From NCBI GenBank assembly GCA_964406075.1, contig CAYOQI010000005.1, positions 14,021 to 78,020 of the forward strand: DNA of 64,000 nucleotides, written 5' to 3'. This document shows, piece after piece, positions 18,887-28,894 of the stretch. The position numbers and the translations under genes are program-made. Origin of the DNA: an uncultured Pseudomonadales bacterium (GTDB lineage Bacteria > Patescibacteriota > Microgenomatia > UBA1400 > PJMF01). Each line of letters opens with the position of its first letter. Within the stretch, counting starts at the first letter, position 1. The notes below the pieces were generated by a model that was not told where the DNA came from, did no database searches, and saw only the letters and a program-made list of their open reading frames with translations.

Positions 18887-20486
18887 GAAAAAATGGATTC
18901 TTTTTGTTACTCGTATTTACTCAAGCATCTTCGCTCAAGCATTCTTTATTTCTTGTGTGACATATTTGTTTCCTGACAATTTTAAAGCATATTTTGGTGT
19001 TATTTGCATGTTATTTGTGGGAAGTATTGTTTCGCAGAAAAGTTTACTAATTCCTCTCAGTATATTTTTTATAGTATTGCTTCAATTTCAGATACCAGGA
19101 AAGTACTACAGCTTTGAACTCATTCCTCCCGGGAATTACAGTTATGAGCAAGAAGGTTTTGAAGCAGGGATTTCCGAGGGGTATGGAATCATAATGTCTG
19201 ATTTTATTGCTATTTGGATCTTACTTTATTTTCTAAAAAAAACTGTCTCGATGCTCTCATCGAGAGCATCTTTTATTATAATTTCTCATTATAAGTTAAA
19301 TTCGTCACTTTTCTTTTTAACGATGGTTTCCTGGGGATTAGCATTTTTTCTTGCTCTTTTGGGAAGTCTCTATTTCTCTTTTTTTCCTTCTTTTTCTGTA
19401 ATCGTGCTTTTACAACACATGAAAATTTTGGTGGCTTTTTGGCTGATTTACTATCTTTTATACAATCATCAATCAATAGGGAAAAAAATCATAAAGGAAA
19501 CGATCTTTGCCGTTCTGGTTTTCCAGATCATTCTGGGTATTTCTCAAATTTCCGCTCAGCTACTATCTTTCAATCTGAACTCTGGGTTTCGTCCGACCTA
19601 TATAGTTCCTGATGAAAGCGTTTTTAGTCTACGTCCGTATGGCTCATTTGCCTATGCAAATCAGTATGCTTTCATTTTATCAATGATACTGTTTATTTAT
19701 TCTGTAACTTTCGTTCAGGATCACGAGAAATCTTTTAGTGTTGAAAACACTAAGAGAACTAATCAGGAAGCAAAGGTATTCTTGAAAAATAAGAAGGCTC
19801 GGTTGTTAACAATTATTCCCTGTTTAGCGATGATGATCTTGACTCAAAGTAGAGTGATCTGGTTAATAATATTATTGGGCGGAATATTGTTTTACCGAGA
19901 AATTATCGAAATTTTGAAAGAGTTGAAATCATTCTTAACAAACAATAGTAAATTTTTCATATTCTTTATCATTATTTTTGAAGTATTTTTCATCCTTATT
20001 TTTCCGCGTTTTCTCGGGTCAGCCACTTTTTTTTCTGAAGAAGGAGGTGGATATCTTCGGTATAAAATGATTCGTGACGGCCTACAAATCTTACAAACGG
20101 CGCCAGTTTTGGGATATGGGGTGGAAACTAGTATTTACCAAGCTTTTCAATTATTGCCATCTGGTTATATATTTGAATTTCCGTTTGCTATTCACAATGC
20201 TTTTTTACAACTTGCTATAGAACAAGGGATACTTGGTATTCTATTATTTTTCTTTCCATTTTTATATCTTTTCAGAAAAACCGTAAATCTGCTTATTGAG
20301 CATAGGAATTGGATATTAAAGTTAAATCACTTAGTTTTACTCAGTTTTTTTCTTTACTATAGTCTTCATCCATCATACGGCAGAGTAGAATTTCCCTTTT
20401 TAGGGATATCTTTGGCATTAGTCATTTATAATCTTGATACTTTCCCCAAAAAGTATATAAAGAGCAAACATGTTTCAATCACTTAA
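18885..20486 (+). CDS. O-antigen ligase/polymerase-like membrane protein (Wzy_C domain)
   Basis: Polytopic membrane protein with TQSRVIWLIILLG and the HNAFLQLAIEQGILGILLF block typical of the Wzy_C / WaaL / PglL family. The start is uncertain, because its ATG shares the CATG at 18884-18887 with the divergent gene. Confidence 0.65.
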   Translation: MKKWILFVTRIYSSIFAQAFFISCVTYLFPDNFKAYFGVICMLFVGSIVSQKSLLIPLSIFFIVLLQFQIPGKYYSFELIPPGNYSYEQEGFEAGISEGYGIIMSDFIAIWILLYFLKKTVSMLSSRASFIIISHYKLNSSLFFLTMVSWGLAFFLALLGSLYFSFFPSFSVIVLLQHMKILVAFWLIYYLLYNHQSIGKKIIKETIFAVLVFQIILGISQISAQLLSFNLNSGFRPTYIVPDESVFSLRPYGSFAYANQYAFILSMILFIYSVTFVQDHEKSFSVENTKRTNQEAKVFLKNKKARLLTIIPCLAMMILTQSRVIWLIILLGGILFYREIIEILKELKSFLTNNSKFFIFFIIIFEVFFILIFPRFLGSATFFSEEGGGYLRYKMIRDGLQILQTAPVLGYGVETSIYQAFQLLPSGYIFEFPFAIHNAFLQLAIEQGILGILLFFFPFLYLFRKTVNLLIEHRNWILKLNHLVLLSFFLYYSLHPSYGRVEFPFLGISLALVIYNLDTFPKKYIKSKHVSIT

Positions 20487-21330
20487 ACAATTGGTAAAAA
20501 AACTGAGCATATTCGATCTAAGTTTGCTTGTTGTAGCAGTTCTCATTCCAGCTTTTATTTTTTTATTCTTTCGTCGTCAGGAAGATGTTATAGAAATAAA
20601 GTTGCAAGTGACTGATAAAGATGTCCTATATGCCGGCACAGCGCCTAATTTGACATATTCTGACAGTTTCAGAGTAGGAGATGTGGAGAAAAATGAAATA
20701 GGACAAATCATAGCTGAGATTACGAAAGTTGATGCTTTCCCTATTTCACGCACCCACAAAATCACTTTTTTGACTATAAAAGTGAAGAGTTTATATAATC
20801 CAAGAAAAGAATTGTTTTCTTTGAGAGGGAAACCAATAATTTATGGGGAATCTTTTAAATTTAACTTTAGAAATGCCGTCGTTGAAGGTTTAATCGTTAA
20901 TTATCCAGGATATACTCCATCCTCATCTGAGGATAAAACTATCCATGTTGAAACACAACTCAGATATGACGATCGACAATTTTCTGATGTGTATGGAGTG
21001 CCGGGCTACATCGCTGATCAAGTAAAAGAGAATGATGAGGTAAAAGACTCACAAGGTAGAGTTTATGCCAAGATTTTAACGAAGAGAGTGGTTCCAGCCA
21101 AAAGAACGGTTTTAATGAATGGGAGCGCTGTTCAAGTGGTGGACCCAGATCTAAAAGATGTTTATTTCACAATAGAATTGTATGTGAAAAAGAGAGGAAA
21201 TGATTATTTCCTGTATGACCTTATCCCTGTAGCGGTGACTGAATCACTACCGCTCAGCTTTTCAAATATTAGTGTTTTCCCAACAATATTAAAAATCCTT
21301 GATGAAGAAAACGAATTCGGAAAAGAATAA
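20470..21330 (+). CDS. hypothetical membrane-anchored protein
   Basis: 286 aa with a single N-terminal TM (LSLLVVAVLIPAFIFLFF). Embedded in the glycan operon. No motif I can name with confidence. Confidence 0.5.
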   Translation: MFQSLKQLVKKLSIFDLSLLVVAVLIPAFIFLFFRRQEDVIEIKLQVTDKDVLYAGTAPNLTYSDSFRVGDVEKNEIGQIIAEITKVDAFPISRTHKITFLTIKVKSLYNPRKELFSLRGKPIIYGESFKFNFRNAVVEGLIVNYPGYTPSSSEDKTIHVETQLRYDDRQFSDVYGVPGYIADQVKENDEVKDSQGRVYAKILTKRVVPAKRTVLMNGSAVQVVDPDLKDVYFTIELYVKKRGNDYFLYDLIPVAVTESLPLSFSNISVFPTILKILDEENEFGKE

Positions 21331-22210
21331 ACACCCAAAAATTTCAGTCGTCATCATTACGAAAGATCGAAGGAGTGAACTTCGGGAATGTTTAACTTCC
21401 TTAGTCGTTCAAACTGTTGCTCCAGATGAAGTAATAATTGTAGATAGTAGTGTTTCATTTGCGATTAAAAAATTGGTTCAAAAATTTCAAAAAAGATCGC
21501 GTTTTCCTATTCGTTATTGGGCTAATCAAAGTCACTCATATGGGGCATTGAGAAATTTTGGTATTAAAAACACGAAACATTCTTGGGTTGCTTTTATAGA
21601 CGATGATTGTGTTGCTGAGTTAGAGTGGTTTTCCACAATGAAGAAGGTGGTAAAGAGTAGCCAAGCCGAGGTTTATTTAGGATTATCACAGACATATTTT
21701 CAAAACAATCTTCCATCTTTAGTCACTTCTTTCCTAGATACCTACTGGAAAAGAAGAAGAATAGATGCAAATTACAGCATTACAGATTTTGAAATCACCG
21801 ATACTAAAAATTTACTTGTGAGTAAAACATTTTTAACTAAAAATAATATTTCGTTTCATGAAGACCTATCATATGGCGGGAAAGGTGAAGACTGTCTTCT
21901 GGGTGTAGATTTAGAAGGAGCAGGTGGTACCGGAAGATTTTTACCCAGTATGAAAGTCCTACACAAGGACCCAATAACTTGGAAACAGTATTATCTTAAA
22001 CTTTATCAAGAGGTTTTCGCTTATCGTACAAACGTTCAAAATTATAAAAAGAGAAAAATTCCTAATAACCCTCAGTTAAGAAAAGTAAATTTCACGATGT
22101 TTTTCAAAGAGTGGATCGAAACATATAAGCTAAATTTCTTAGAAAGAATTTCTTTTGGCTTCAATATTTTTTTAACAGTTATTCTTATTAAAATAACAAA
22201 ATTTTTCTGA
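21302..22210 (+). CDS. glycosyltransferase family 2 (GT-A)
   Basis: ISVVIITKDR ... CLTSLVVQT ... WVAFIDDDCVA. Tandem paralog of the next gene. ATG at 21302; the track begins at TTG 21299. Confidence 0.7.
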   Translation: MKKTNSEKNKHPKISVVIITKDRRSELRECLTSLVVQTVAPDEVIIVDSSVSFAIKKLVQKFQKRSRFPIRYWANQSHSYGALRNFGIKNTKHSWVAFIDDDCVAELEWFSTMKKVVKSSQAEVYLGLSQTYFQNNLPSLVTSFLDTYWKRRRIDANYSITDFEITDTKNLLVSKTFLTKNNISFHEDLSYGGKGEDCLLGVDLEGAGGTGRFLPSMKVLHKDPITWKQYYLKLYQEVFAYRTNVQNYKKRKIPNNPQLRKVNFTMFFKEWIETYKLNFLERISFGFNIFLTVILIKITKFF

Positions 22211-22216
22211 TTCTTT

Positions 22217-23104
22217 ATGGTTAAGAAACTTTTGTCACCTCAAATTTCTGTCGTGATTGTTACGAAGAATAGAAGCCGTGATCTAATTGCTTGTATTGGA
22301 TCACTTCTAGTACAGTCTGAAGAAATTGATGAACTAATTATTGTTGATAACGATTCTTCAGATGAAACTGCAAGTTTAATCTTGAATCTAAAAAAAAATT
22401 GTGTAATGAATATTAAATACATCCAAGAAAGAAGAGTTGGATATCCCATTATTTATAACCGAGGATTAAAAGAAACCCGGTTTCCATGGGTAGCATTTAT
22501 AGATGATGATTGTGTGGCGCACCCTGATTGGTTCAGTTCAATAAAAAAATCTATTAAAAAACATAGAAATGCAGCAGTAATTGTTGGAAAATCAAATACG
22601 TATTTCAATAAAAACATGTTTTCTTTAGCTACTCTCTTCTTTAATCAAATGTGGAAAGAGAATGGAAAAATTGAAGAAAAAATCACTTATTTTGAAACAC
22701 TAGATAATAAAAATATTACCTATAACAAAGATTTTCTAGTAAAAAATAATCTTGAGTTTAATGAAAAAAGATTTAAAGAAAATAATGGTGCAGGAGAAGA
22801 TGTAGATTTGGGGCTTCAAATCTCTAAGAAAAAAGGAAAGGCCTTTTTTGTTTCAAATATGCTAATTCAACACAAAGATCCAATTACATTTTCTTCATAT
22901 TTTATGAAGCTAAAGTTCGCCCAAAATGCTGCTAAAACTGTAGAAAACTATTCTGAACCTATTGCTAAAGATAGAAAATACAGAATAAGGAATTGGTTTC
23001 ATGTTTTTTCTGATCAACAATCTTTAAATACTTTCCTCAAAATAAAAGTTTTTTCATTAATCGTTACAACTGTTTTCTGGCAAAGATTATGGCTCCGGCA
23101 CTAA
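22217..23104 (+). CDS. glycosyltransferase family 2 (GT-A), tandem paralog
   Basis: ISVVIVTKNR ... CIGSLLVQS ... WVAFIDDDCVA, colinear with the 21302-22210 product. Confidence 0.7.
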   Translation: MVKKLLSPQISVVIVTKNRSRDLIACIGSLLVQSEEIDELIIVDNDSSDETASLILNLKKNCVMNIKYIQERRVGYPIIYNRGLKETRFPWVAFIDDDCVAHPDWFSSIKKSIKKHRNAAVIVGKSNTYFNKNMFSLATLFFNQMWKENGKIEEKITYFETLDNKNITYNKDFLVKNNLEFNEKRFKENNGAGEDVDLGLQISKKKGKAFFVSNMLIQHKDPITFSSYFMKLKFAQNAAKTVENYSEPIAKDRKYRIRNWFHVFSDQQSLNTFLKIKVFSLIVTTVFWQRLWLRH

Positions 23105-24273
23105 AAAAAATTCTTTTTGTTTCACAACTCCCGCCATATCCAATTTCAGGTGGAACGTGGAAGTCGTGGAATCTTATTGAGGGATTATTAAATGAAGGAT
23201 TTTCGGTAGATGTGTGTTGTTTTCAAGATCCAAGTTTGCCAAGTCAAGAAATTAAAAGAAAAAACCTCAGAGTATTTTCCTTTCAAAAGAAAATACTACA
23301 CCTCCACTTTGTCGAAATTGCCATCATATTGTTTAAGAGTTTCTTCAAATTAACTCCTTTACGGGTGTTGAAATTTTTTGATTCCGATTTTTTAGTTAAG
23401 CTAAAGCAATTACAAAAAGAAAACATGTATGAATTCTACTTGTTTGAAGTACTATCTTCACTTCAATACTTGCCATATTTGAAAAATATTAATAAATCAA
23501 TTTATATTGAACAAAATATAGAATCAAATTTAGTTTTTCGGCGAAGAAAAACCTCATCCTTTCCTCAAAACATATTTTGGTTTATTGAGGAAAAACTTAC
23601 AAAAAAGTTTGAAAGAATCTATCTAAAACAAGTAGATAAAATTTTTGCGATTAGCTCAGAAGATAAAAATAAACTATTTACATCTTTTAATCTGTCTTCT
23701 TCAGTATTACCTATATGTCTTCCTTGGGTAGGAAAGAAATATCTTTCGAAAAAGATAAAATATCTTGTATTCATTGGGTTATTAAGTTGGCCTGAGAACG
23801 AACAAGGTTTGAGATGGTTCCTAATAAAAGTTTGGCCAAAAGTAAAAAAAGACTTTCCTAATAGCTGTTTGATTGTTTGTGGCTCAAACCCATCCACGGC
23901 TTTAAAACTAGAAATTGAACAGCAAGGAGCGGAGTATAAAGGATTTATTGAAAATCTTGATAGTTTCTTAGAAGAAAGACAATATGACAGTATAGGAGTA
24001 GTTCCCATACTAAGTGGCTCTGGGATTCGAATAAAAATTCTAAAACTGTTACAGTACGGTATTCCAATTATTTCAACATCTATTGGAGCAGAAGGAATTG
24101 ACCGAAGACTCGTGGAAATTGCTGACACTAATCAAGAGTTTGTAAAGAAAATTAGAACTATGGTCTTAAGTTCTGAGAGGCGACGAGAAAAGTTTCATAA
24201 GATTAAAAAGATTCTTAGTAAAGACTATAACGAACAAAATTTAAGAAGTTTCTTAAAAAGAGAATTAGTATGA
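23089..24273 (+). CDS. glycosyltransferase family 4/1 (GT-B)
   Basis: ILFVSQLPPYPISGGTWKSWNLIEGL at the N-terminus and a GSGIRIKILKLLQYGIPIISTSIGAEG C-terminal region. Confidence 0.65.
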   Translation: MAPALKKILFVSQLPPYPISGGTWKSWNLIEGLLNEGFSVDVCCFQDPSLPSQEIKRKNLRVFSFQKKILHLHFVEIAIILFKSFFKLTPLRVLKFFDSDFLVKLKQLQKENMYEFYLFEVLSSLQYLPYLKNINKSIYIEQNIESNLVFRRRKTSSFPQNIFWFIEEKLTKKFERIYLKQVDKIFAISSEDKNKLFTSFNLSSSVLPICLPWVGKKYLSKKIKYLVFIGLLSWPENEQGLRWFLIKVWPKVKKDFPNSCLIVCGSNPSTALKLEIEQQGAEYKGFIENLDSFLEERQYDSIGVVPILSGSGIRIKILKLLQYGIPIISTSIGAEGIDRRLVEIADTNQEFVKKIRTMVLSSERRREKFHKIKKILSKDYNEQNLRSFLKRELV

Positions 24274-24719
24274 AAATTTGTATGGTAGTTTCACCTGGGG
24301 GTCATCTTTATCAGGCAATGATGTTAAAAGACTGGTGGGGAAATTTTTCTAGGTTTTGGATCACGTTAAATTCTCCAGATTCGTCTTATTTATTAAAAGA
24401 TGAAAGAGTGAGATATGGGTTTGGCCCTGAAAATAGAAATGTAGTTAACTTTTTTCGCAATTTTATATTGGCATTTTTTATTTTAATAAAGGAAAAACCT
24501 CAATTAATATTTAGTACAGGTGCTGGAATTGCTCCGCCCTTTTTTATTTGGGCAAAAATAATGGGAATTAAAACAATTTATTTGGAACCATACGATTTTA
24601 TTGAAGAGCTATCTTTGACGGGAAAGTTAGTTATGCCGATTTCAACACATTTCTTAGTTCAGCATGAGCAGCTTACTCAAAAGTATCCGAAAGCAAAGCA
24701 TCAGGGTAGCATTGTATGA
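24270..24719 (+). CDS. Alg14-like / PssD/CpsF-type glycosyltransferase membrane subunit
   Basis: MKICMVVSPGGHLYQ ... FWIT ... IFSTGAGIAPPFF is the Alg14-like pattern. ATGA-coupled to the Alg13-like partner. Confidence 0.7.
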   Translation: MKICMVVSPGGHLYQAMMLKDWWGNFSRFWITLNSPDSSYLLKDERVRYGFGPENRNVVNFFRNFILAFFILIKEKPQLIFSTGAGIAPPFFIWAKIMGIKTIYLEPYDFIEELSLTGKLVMPISTHFLVQHEQLTQKYPKAKHQGSIV

Positions 24720-25189
24720 TATTTGTTACGGTAGGAACCACTCAGTATCCTTTTCGACGCTTAATTGATTGGTCAATTCAGCAAGCAAAATCATATCCGA
24801 ATGAAAAAGTAGTGATTCAAAGTGGAGTGTATAAAGTAATTCAGAATGTTTCGGATAATATATTGATTCAGCAGTCTTTCGCATTTCCTGAGGTTCAAGA
24901 ATATATTAAAAAATCCGATCAAATCATTTGCCATGCGGGAATGGGAACAATTATTCAGTGTTGGTCTTTTGGGAAAAAGCCTTTTGTTGTTCCACGATTA
25001 GAAAAATATGGAGAACACGCAAATGATCACGAAACTCAAATTTGTCGTTATTTATATCATCAAGATAAAATAAACATATTGAATATGAATTCCCAGCTGA
25101 ATCTAGGGTTCATAAAAAGTTGGAATATGAAAGTATCTGACTCGTCTAAAAAATTGAATTTAATAAAGTATTTAGCTTTAGTATGTTGA
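24716..25189 (+). CDS. Alg13-like / PssE/Cps14G-type glycosyltransferase catalytic subunit (GT28 C-terminal domain)
   Basis: MIFVTVGTTQYPFRRL ... ICHAGMGTI ... GKKPFVVPR ... HANDHE. Confidence 0.7.
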   Translation: MIFVTVGTTQYPFRRLIDWSIQQAKSYPNEKVVIQSGVYKVIQNVSDNILIQQSFAFPEVQEYIKKSDQIICHAGMGTIIQCWSFGKKPFVVPRLEKYGEHANDHETQICRYLYHQDKINILNMNSQLNLGFIKSWNMKVSDSSKKLNLIKYLALVC

Positions 25190-26658
25190 AAAATATTGAT
25201 CAGTTTCTTGAGAAATTAAACTCAGATCATAGCCAGGTTTATCGTTTAACACGGTGGGGGATTTTGGTTTTGATTAGTGTTTTTTTTCTTTTTTTACGAG
25301 TTTCACATTTAACCTATTTATCTTTAGATTCTGATGAAATTTTTTCGGTAAATTTTTCAAAATGGTTTACTTATAATCCTTTAAATTTTCAAAATCCATT
25401 TGATGATGGAAATCCACCATTACATTTTATATTGATTAAATTTTGGACGAGTGTTTTTGGATTTTCGGATGTATCTTTAAGATCTCTTCCTCTTTTATTT
25501 TTTATCTTTGCATATGGGTATATTTATCTTATTGCAAGAGACATCCTTAAATTATCTTTTTATCAAAAAGTACTCTTATTAATTCTTTTTGGAGGATCTT
25601 CAGTACTCTTTCATTATTCTTTAAACATTCGGCCTTATATATTGTTAGTGCTCACTGCTTTAGGTACATATTTTCATGTAACGAAAATATTACTTCAGAA
25701 TGAAATTTCGAAGAAAAATATCATATTTGGAAATTTATGGATGCTGATAGGTTTGTACAACCATTACAGTTTTGTCATTTTCTTTTTGTCTTTCTTTCTA
25801 ACATGTATACTTTTTCATCCAAAAAAAATTCTCAAACTCATTTTGTATCTTCTTCCGTCTTTCCTACTTTTTACACCTTGGGCTATTCGATATTTATTAA
25901 GTCAAATTTATCCAGAACAATTTGGACTTGGAGTGAGCTACTATTTTTGGCAAGCTGAAGAAGTGCCACTTACTTTTTTCAGATGGGTGAATGTTGTTTC
26001 AAATTATTTGCTAGAGAAGCAGTTTGGAAATCTACTAAGTATAGGAATATCTTTTGTTTTTTTGGTATCTAGCATTCTTTCGCTGAAAAATAACAAAAAT
26101 GACCCATTTCAAAAATTTACAATAATCTTCACTTTAATTTCTTTTACTATATTCTTTCTTACTCCGATTCATCAATTTCTTACAATACCAAGATATTCTA
26201 TTTTCCTAATACCTTTTTTCTATCTGGTGTTATCTCAAAGTATCTTACTTAAAAAAAAATATTACTCAATTTTCTTTATCATTGTAGTAAGTATTTTCTT
26301 TATTAAAAACTATGATATTCCTCAAGGAAATGAAGACTGGCGAGGGGTTGGAGATTATCTCTCTCAAGCTACAACATCACATTCGAACTCACTGATTCTT
26401 GCTGATGTATATTATTTAGTTCCCGTAACGAAGTATTATTATGAGGGAAAAACAAGCATCGGATGCTTATCTCAAGGTGATGAGTCAGGAGAATGTGAAT
26501 ATAGTACTGATACCTTGGAAGGTTTTGAGTATATTTACTATGTTCAAAGTGCTTGGAATTACCCTTATGATGGGTTTTTAGAAAATGAAAAAATTAAACT
26601 GATTGATCATCAAACATTTCCTTCAGTGAATATCTATGCATTTTCAAAAAATGATTGA
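25183..26658 (+). CDS. GT-C fold membrane glycosyltransferase (PMT_2 / ArnT / GT39-GT83-like)
   Basis: 491 aa and polytopic. The first extracytoplasmic loop carries LSLDSDEIFS, a DE-type catalytic motif of GT-C enzymes. A soluble C-terminal domain follows. Confidence 0.6.
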   Translation: MLKNIDQFLEKLNSDHSQVYRLTRWGILVLISVFFLFLRVSHLTYLSLDSDEIFSVNFSKWFTYNPLNFQNPFDDGNPPLHFILIKFWTSVFGFSDVSLRSLPLLFFIFAYGYIYLIARDILKLSFYQKVLLLILFGGSSVLFHYSLNIRPYILLVLTALGTYFHVTKILLQNEISKKNIIFGNLWMLIGLYNHYSFVIFFLSFFLTCILFHPKKILKLILYLLPSFLLFTPWAIRYLLSQIYPEQFGLGVSYYFWQAEEVPLTFFRWVNVVSNYLLEKQFGNLLSIGISFVFLVSSILSLKNNKNDPFQKFTIIFTLISFTIFFLTPIHQFLTIPRYSIFLIPFFYLVLSQSILLKKKYYSIFFIIVVSIFFIKNYDIPQGNEDWRGVGDYLSQATTSHSNSLILADVYYLVPVTKYYYEGKTSIGCLSQGDESGECEYSTDTLEGFEYIYYVQSAWNYPYDGFLENEKIKLIDHQTFPSVNIYAFSKND

Positions 26659-28204
26659 AAATCCTGATCTTAAGAATCTTACTTTGATAGGATTTTTTCT
26701 TCTGTGTAGTTATTTATTGCTATATTGGCAGGATCCTCCTTTAATGTTAGTTTTTCTTTTTGGTAGCTTTTTTATATATTTATTTTCACAACTTTTATAT
26801 TGGATTTTAAATATCTCCTCATGGCGTGAAATAAGTATTATTTTCTTATCTCAATTGTTTATTGTTGCACTCGTTTTCCCAAGGATAAATTCTTTGGAAT
26901 TATGGGGTGACGAGATTGGTGTTATTGAATTATCTGAGTCTCCATTCGAGACAATCAGTCATTTGGTAGCAATTTCACATGCATCTGTTCCACCTTTTGA
27001 TTATTGGATCATGCATTTGTGGGGGGGGATTGTTGGACGATTTGATGTATATTATCAAGAATTTTTATATAGAATTCCTTATCTTTTTTATCACATTCTC
27101 GCAACGATTTTTTTCTTTTTAATTTTGAAACATGAATCTTTATATTTAAAACTCAAAGAGTCTCTAACTATCAAAAAAATCATTTTGATAACCACTTCTC
27201 TAGGATATTTTGTCCATCCTCTTTTATTTCTCTATGCTGTTGAAGTTCGATTCTATTCATTGGCAATTTTAGGTGTAGTTGTTACTTTATATTTATTTTT
27301 AACAAAACGCTTGCAAACAACTTCAGCCATTATTATTTCTGGAATATTTTGTCTAAATTCAATCTTTCAATTCATTATTATTTTTCCGCTGCTAGTTGTT
27401 AGTTTAATTGAAAAGAAATTTCGTAAACAAGCTTTTTTTGCTTTGATTTTTCACCTGATTTTATTAAAAATTATTTGGCCTAGATTAAACATGTACCTGC
27501 CAATTTCAGGAAATGAATCGATTGCTTTAATTCAAAGTTCTTTTAGTAACTTTGTTGCGAATCTGTTTGTAAGTTCATTACAGTTAACGATTTTCAGTAT
27601 CGTGGTAGCAGTATATATATTTAAAATTAAACGGAAAAAACACCAATTTTTAATTAGTTTAACAGGGGTTTGTTTGTTTGTTATTGCATTCTCCTCATAC
27701 CACAAGGGATATTTTGATTTCCATCTCAGACATTTTATCTTCACTTTGCCAATTATTTTATTTTTATTATTATCTTTTCCATTGCGTATTTCACATCGTT
27801 TTCCCAGAATATTAATCTTGGGTTTTATGGTTGTATTTACAGTACCGTGGTTTATTAGCACTTGGTATTCTTTAGGTGGTCAGAATTCTTTTTCAAAAAG
27901 TTTAGTTGGAGCGAAACAAATTGTGAGCAAGGCAAAAAGAGAAAATAAGACTTTAATGGTTTTTCCCATTAGTAAAATACATGATTCTTATCTCGAAGGT
28001 GTGTACAGCTTTAATGCAAGAACACTGTTTTGGTATGCAAAAAGATACAAAATTGAGATTAGCAATGAAAAATTAAGTAGTATTTCTTGTGAAGAGATTA
28101 CGAGTTCAATAATTGTTGTGCGTTTTTGGGATGCAATAGATTGTCTTGAAAAGGAACAAATTGAAAAAGAAGTAATTTTTGATTCAAATGTTTATACTTT
28201 GTAG
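26636..28204 (+). CDS. GT-C fold membrane glycosyltransferase, tandem paralog
   Basis: 522 aa and polytopic, with LELWGDEIGV in the first loop and the same architecture as the previous gene. It contains a G8 homopolymer at 27021-27028. Confidence 0.6.
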   Translation: MHFQKMIENPDLKNLTLIGFFLLCSYLLLYWQDPPLMLVFLFGSFFIYLFSQLLYWILNISSWREISIIFLSQLFIVALVFPRINSLELWGDEIGVIELSESPFETISHLVAISHASVPPFDYWIMHLWGGIVGRFDVYYQEFLYRIPYLFYHILATIFFFLILKHESLYLKLKESLTIKKIILITTSLGYFVHPLLFLYAVEVRFYSLAILGVVVTLYLFLTKRLQTTSAIIISGIFCLNSIFQFIIIFPLLVVSLIEKKFRKQAFFALIFHLILLKIIWPRLNMYLPISGNESIALIQSSFSNFVANLFVSSLQLTIFSIVVAVYIFKIKRKKHQFLISLTGVCLFVIAFSSYHKGYFDFHLRHFIFTLPIILFLLLSFPLRISHRFPRILILGFMVVFTVPWFISTWYSLGGQNSFSKSLVGAKQIVSKAKRENKTLMVFPISKIHDSYLEGVYSFNARTLFWYAKRYKIEISNEKLSSISCEEITSSIIVVRFWDAIDCLEKEQIEKEVIFDSNVYTL

Positions 28205-28252
28205 AGAAAAAAAAGTTTTAACCTTAAGTTAAATAAGGAAAGTCCTATTAGT

Positions 28253-28885
28253 ATGGAATCTTCACTACTTGTGCATGATATTTTTATTTCGATTTCTGAA
28301 CATCAGGCCAAAAAAATTGGAATATTGTTAAATACTCATACACCAATGAATATTCTCCAAATTGGTTGTGGAAATGGAGATTCGACTTACTGGATTGAAA
28401 AATTGTACACGCATACGCATAAACACACCGTAGTTGATCATGAGGAAAAATTTATTCAATCTACCAAACAGCTTATTAAAAAACACAAATTATTATTGCC
28501 ACAGTTTATTCATTCATCTTCTCAAATATTTTTAGCAAGCAGACCTAGAAAAAATTACTATGATTTCTGTTTATTAGATGGTGATGAAAGGTTTGATGGT
28601 TGTTTGACTGATTGGTTTTATTTAAAAGATTTGATTAATAAAGAGGGGATAGTTGTAATGAGAAATATTTGGAACCCTTCTGTACGAAAAGTGATTTCAT
28701 TTATATTAAAAAATTATCCATTTGTACTAACTGAAACTAGCTCTATAGATAATATTTTTCTTAAAATTCCTTGGCTTCATGATTTCTGGTTAGAGAGATT
28801 AGGAAGAAAAAAATGGCTAGATTTATGTGTGCTTAAGAAAATTGATGAAGATAAAAGGAACTGGAATCATTATGTTAGGTTTTAA
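28253..28885 (+). CDS. class I SAM-dependent methyltransferase
   Basis: ILQIGCGNGDST (motif I, GxGxG) and CLLDGDE (motif II-like). Confidence 0.6.
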   Translation: MESSLLVHDIFISISEHQAKKIGILLNTHTPMNILQIGCGNGDSTYWIEKLYTHTHKHTVVDHEEKFIQSTKQLIKKHKLLLPQFIHSSSQIFLASRPRKNYYDFCLLDGDERFDGCLTDWFYLKDLINKEGIVVMRNIWNPSVRKVISFILKNYPFVLTETSSIDNIFLKIPWLHDFWLERLGRKKWLDLCVLKKIDEDKRNWNHYVRF

Positions 28886-28894
28886 GAAATTATT

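Noticed and set aside
23619-24128. A 169-aa minus-strand ORF.
   Set aside because: It is entirely antisense to the GT-B glycosyltransferase gene (23089-24273), which has clear family motifs. It is a shadow ORF.
28205-28252. A near-palindrome, TTTAACCTTAAGTTAAA, upstream of the methyltransferase gene, considered as a possible operator.
   Set aside because: The arms are out of register (not a true inverted repeat), and the AT-rich context makes chance similarity likely.
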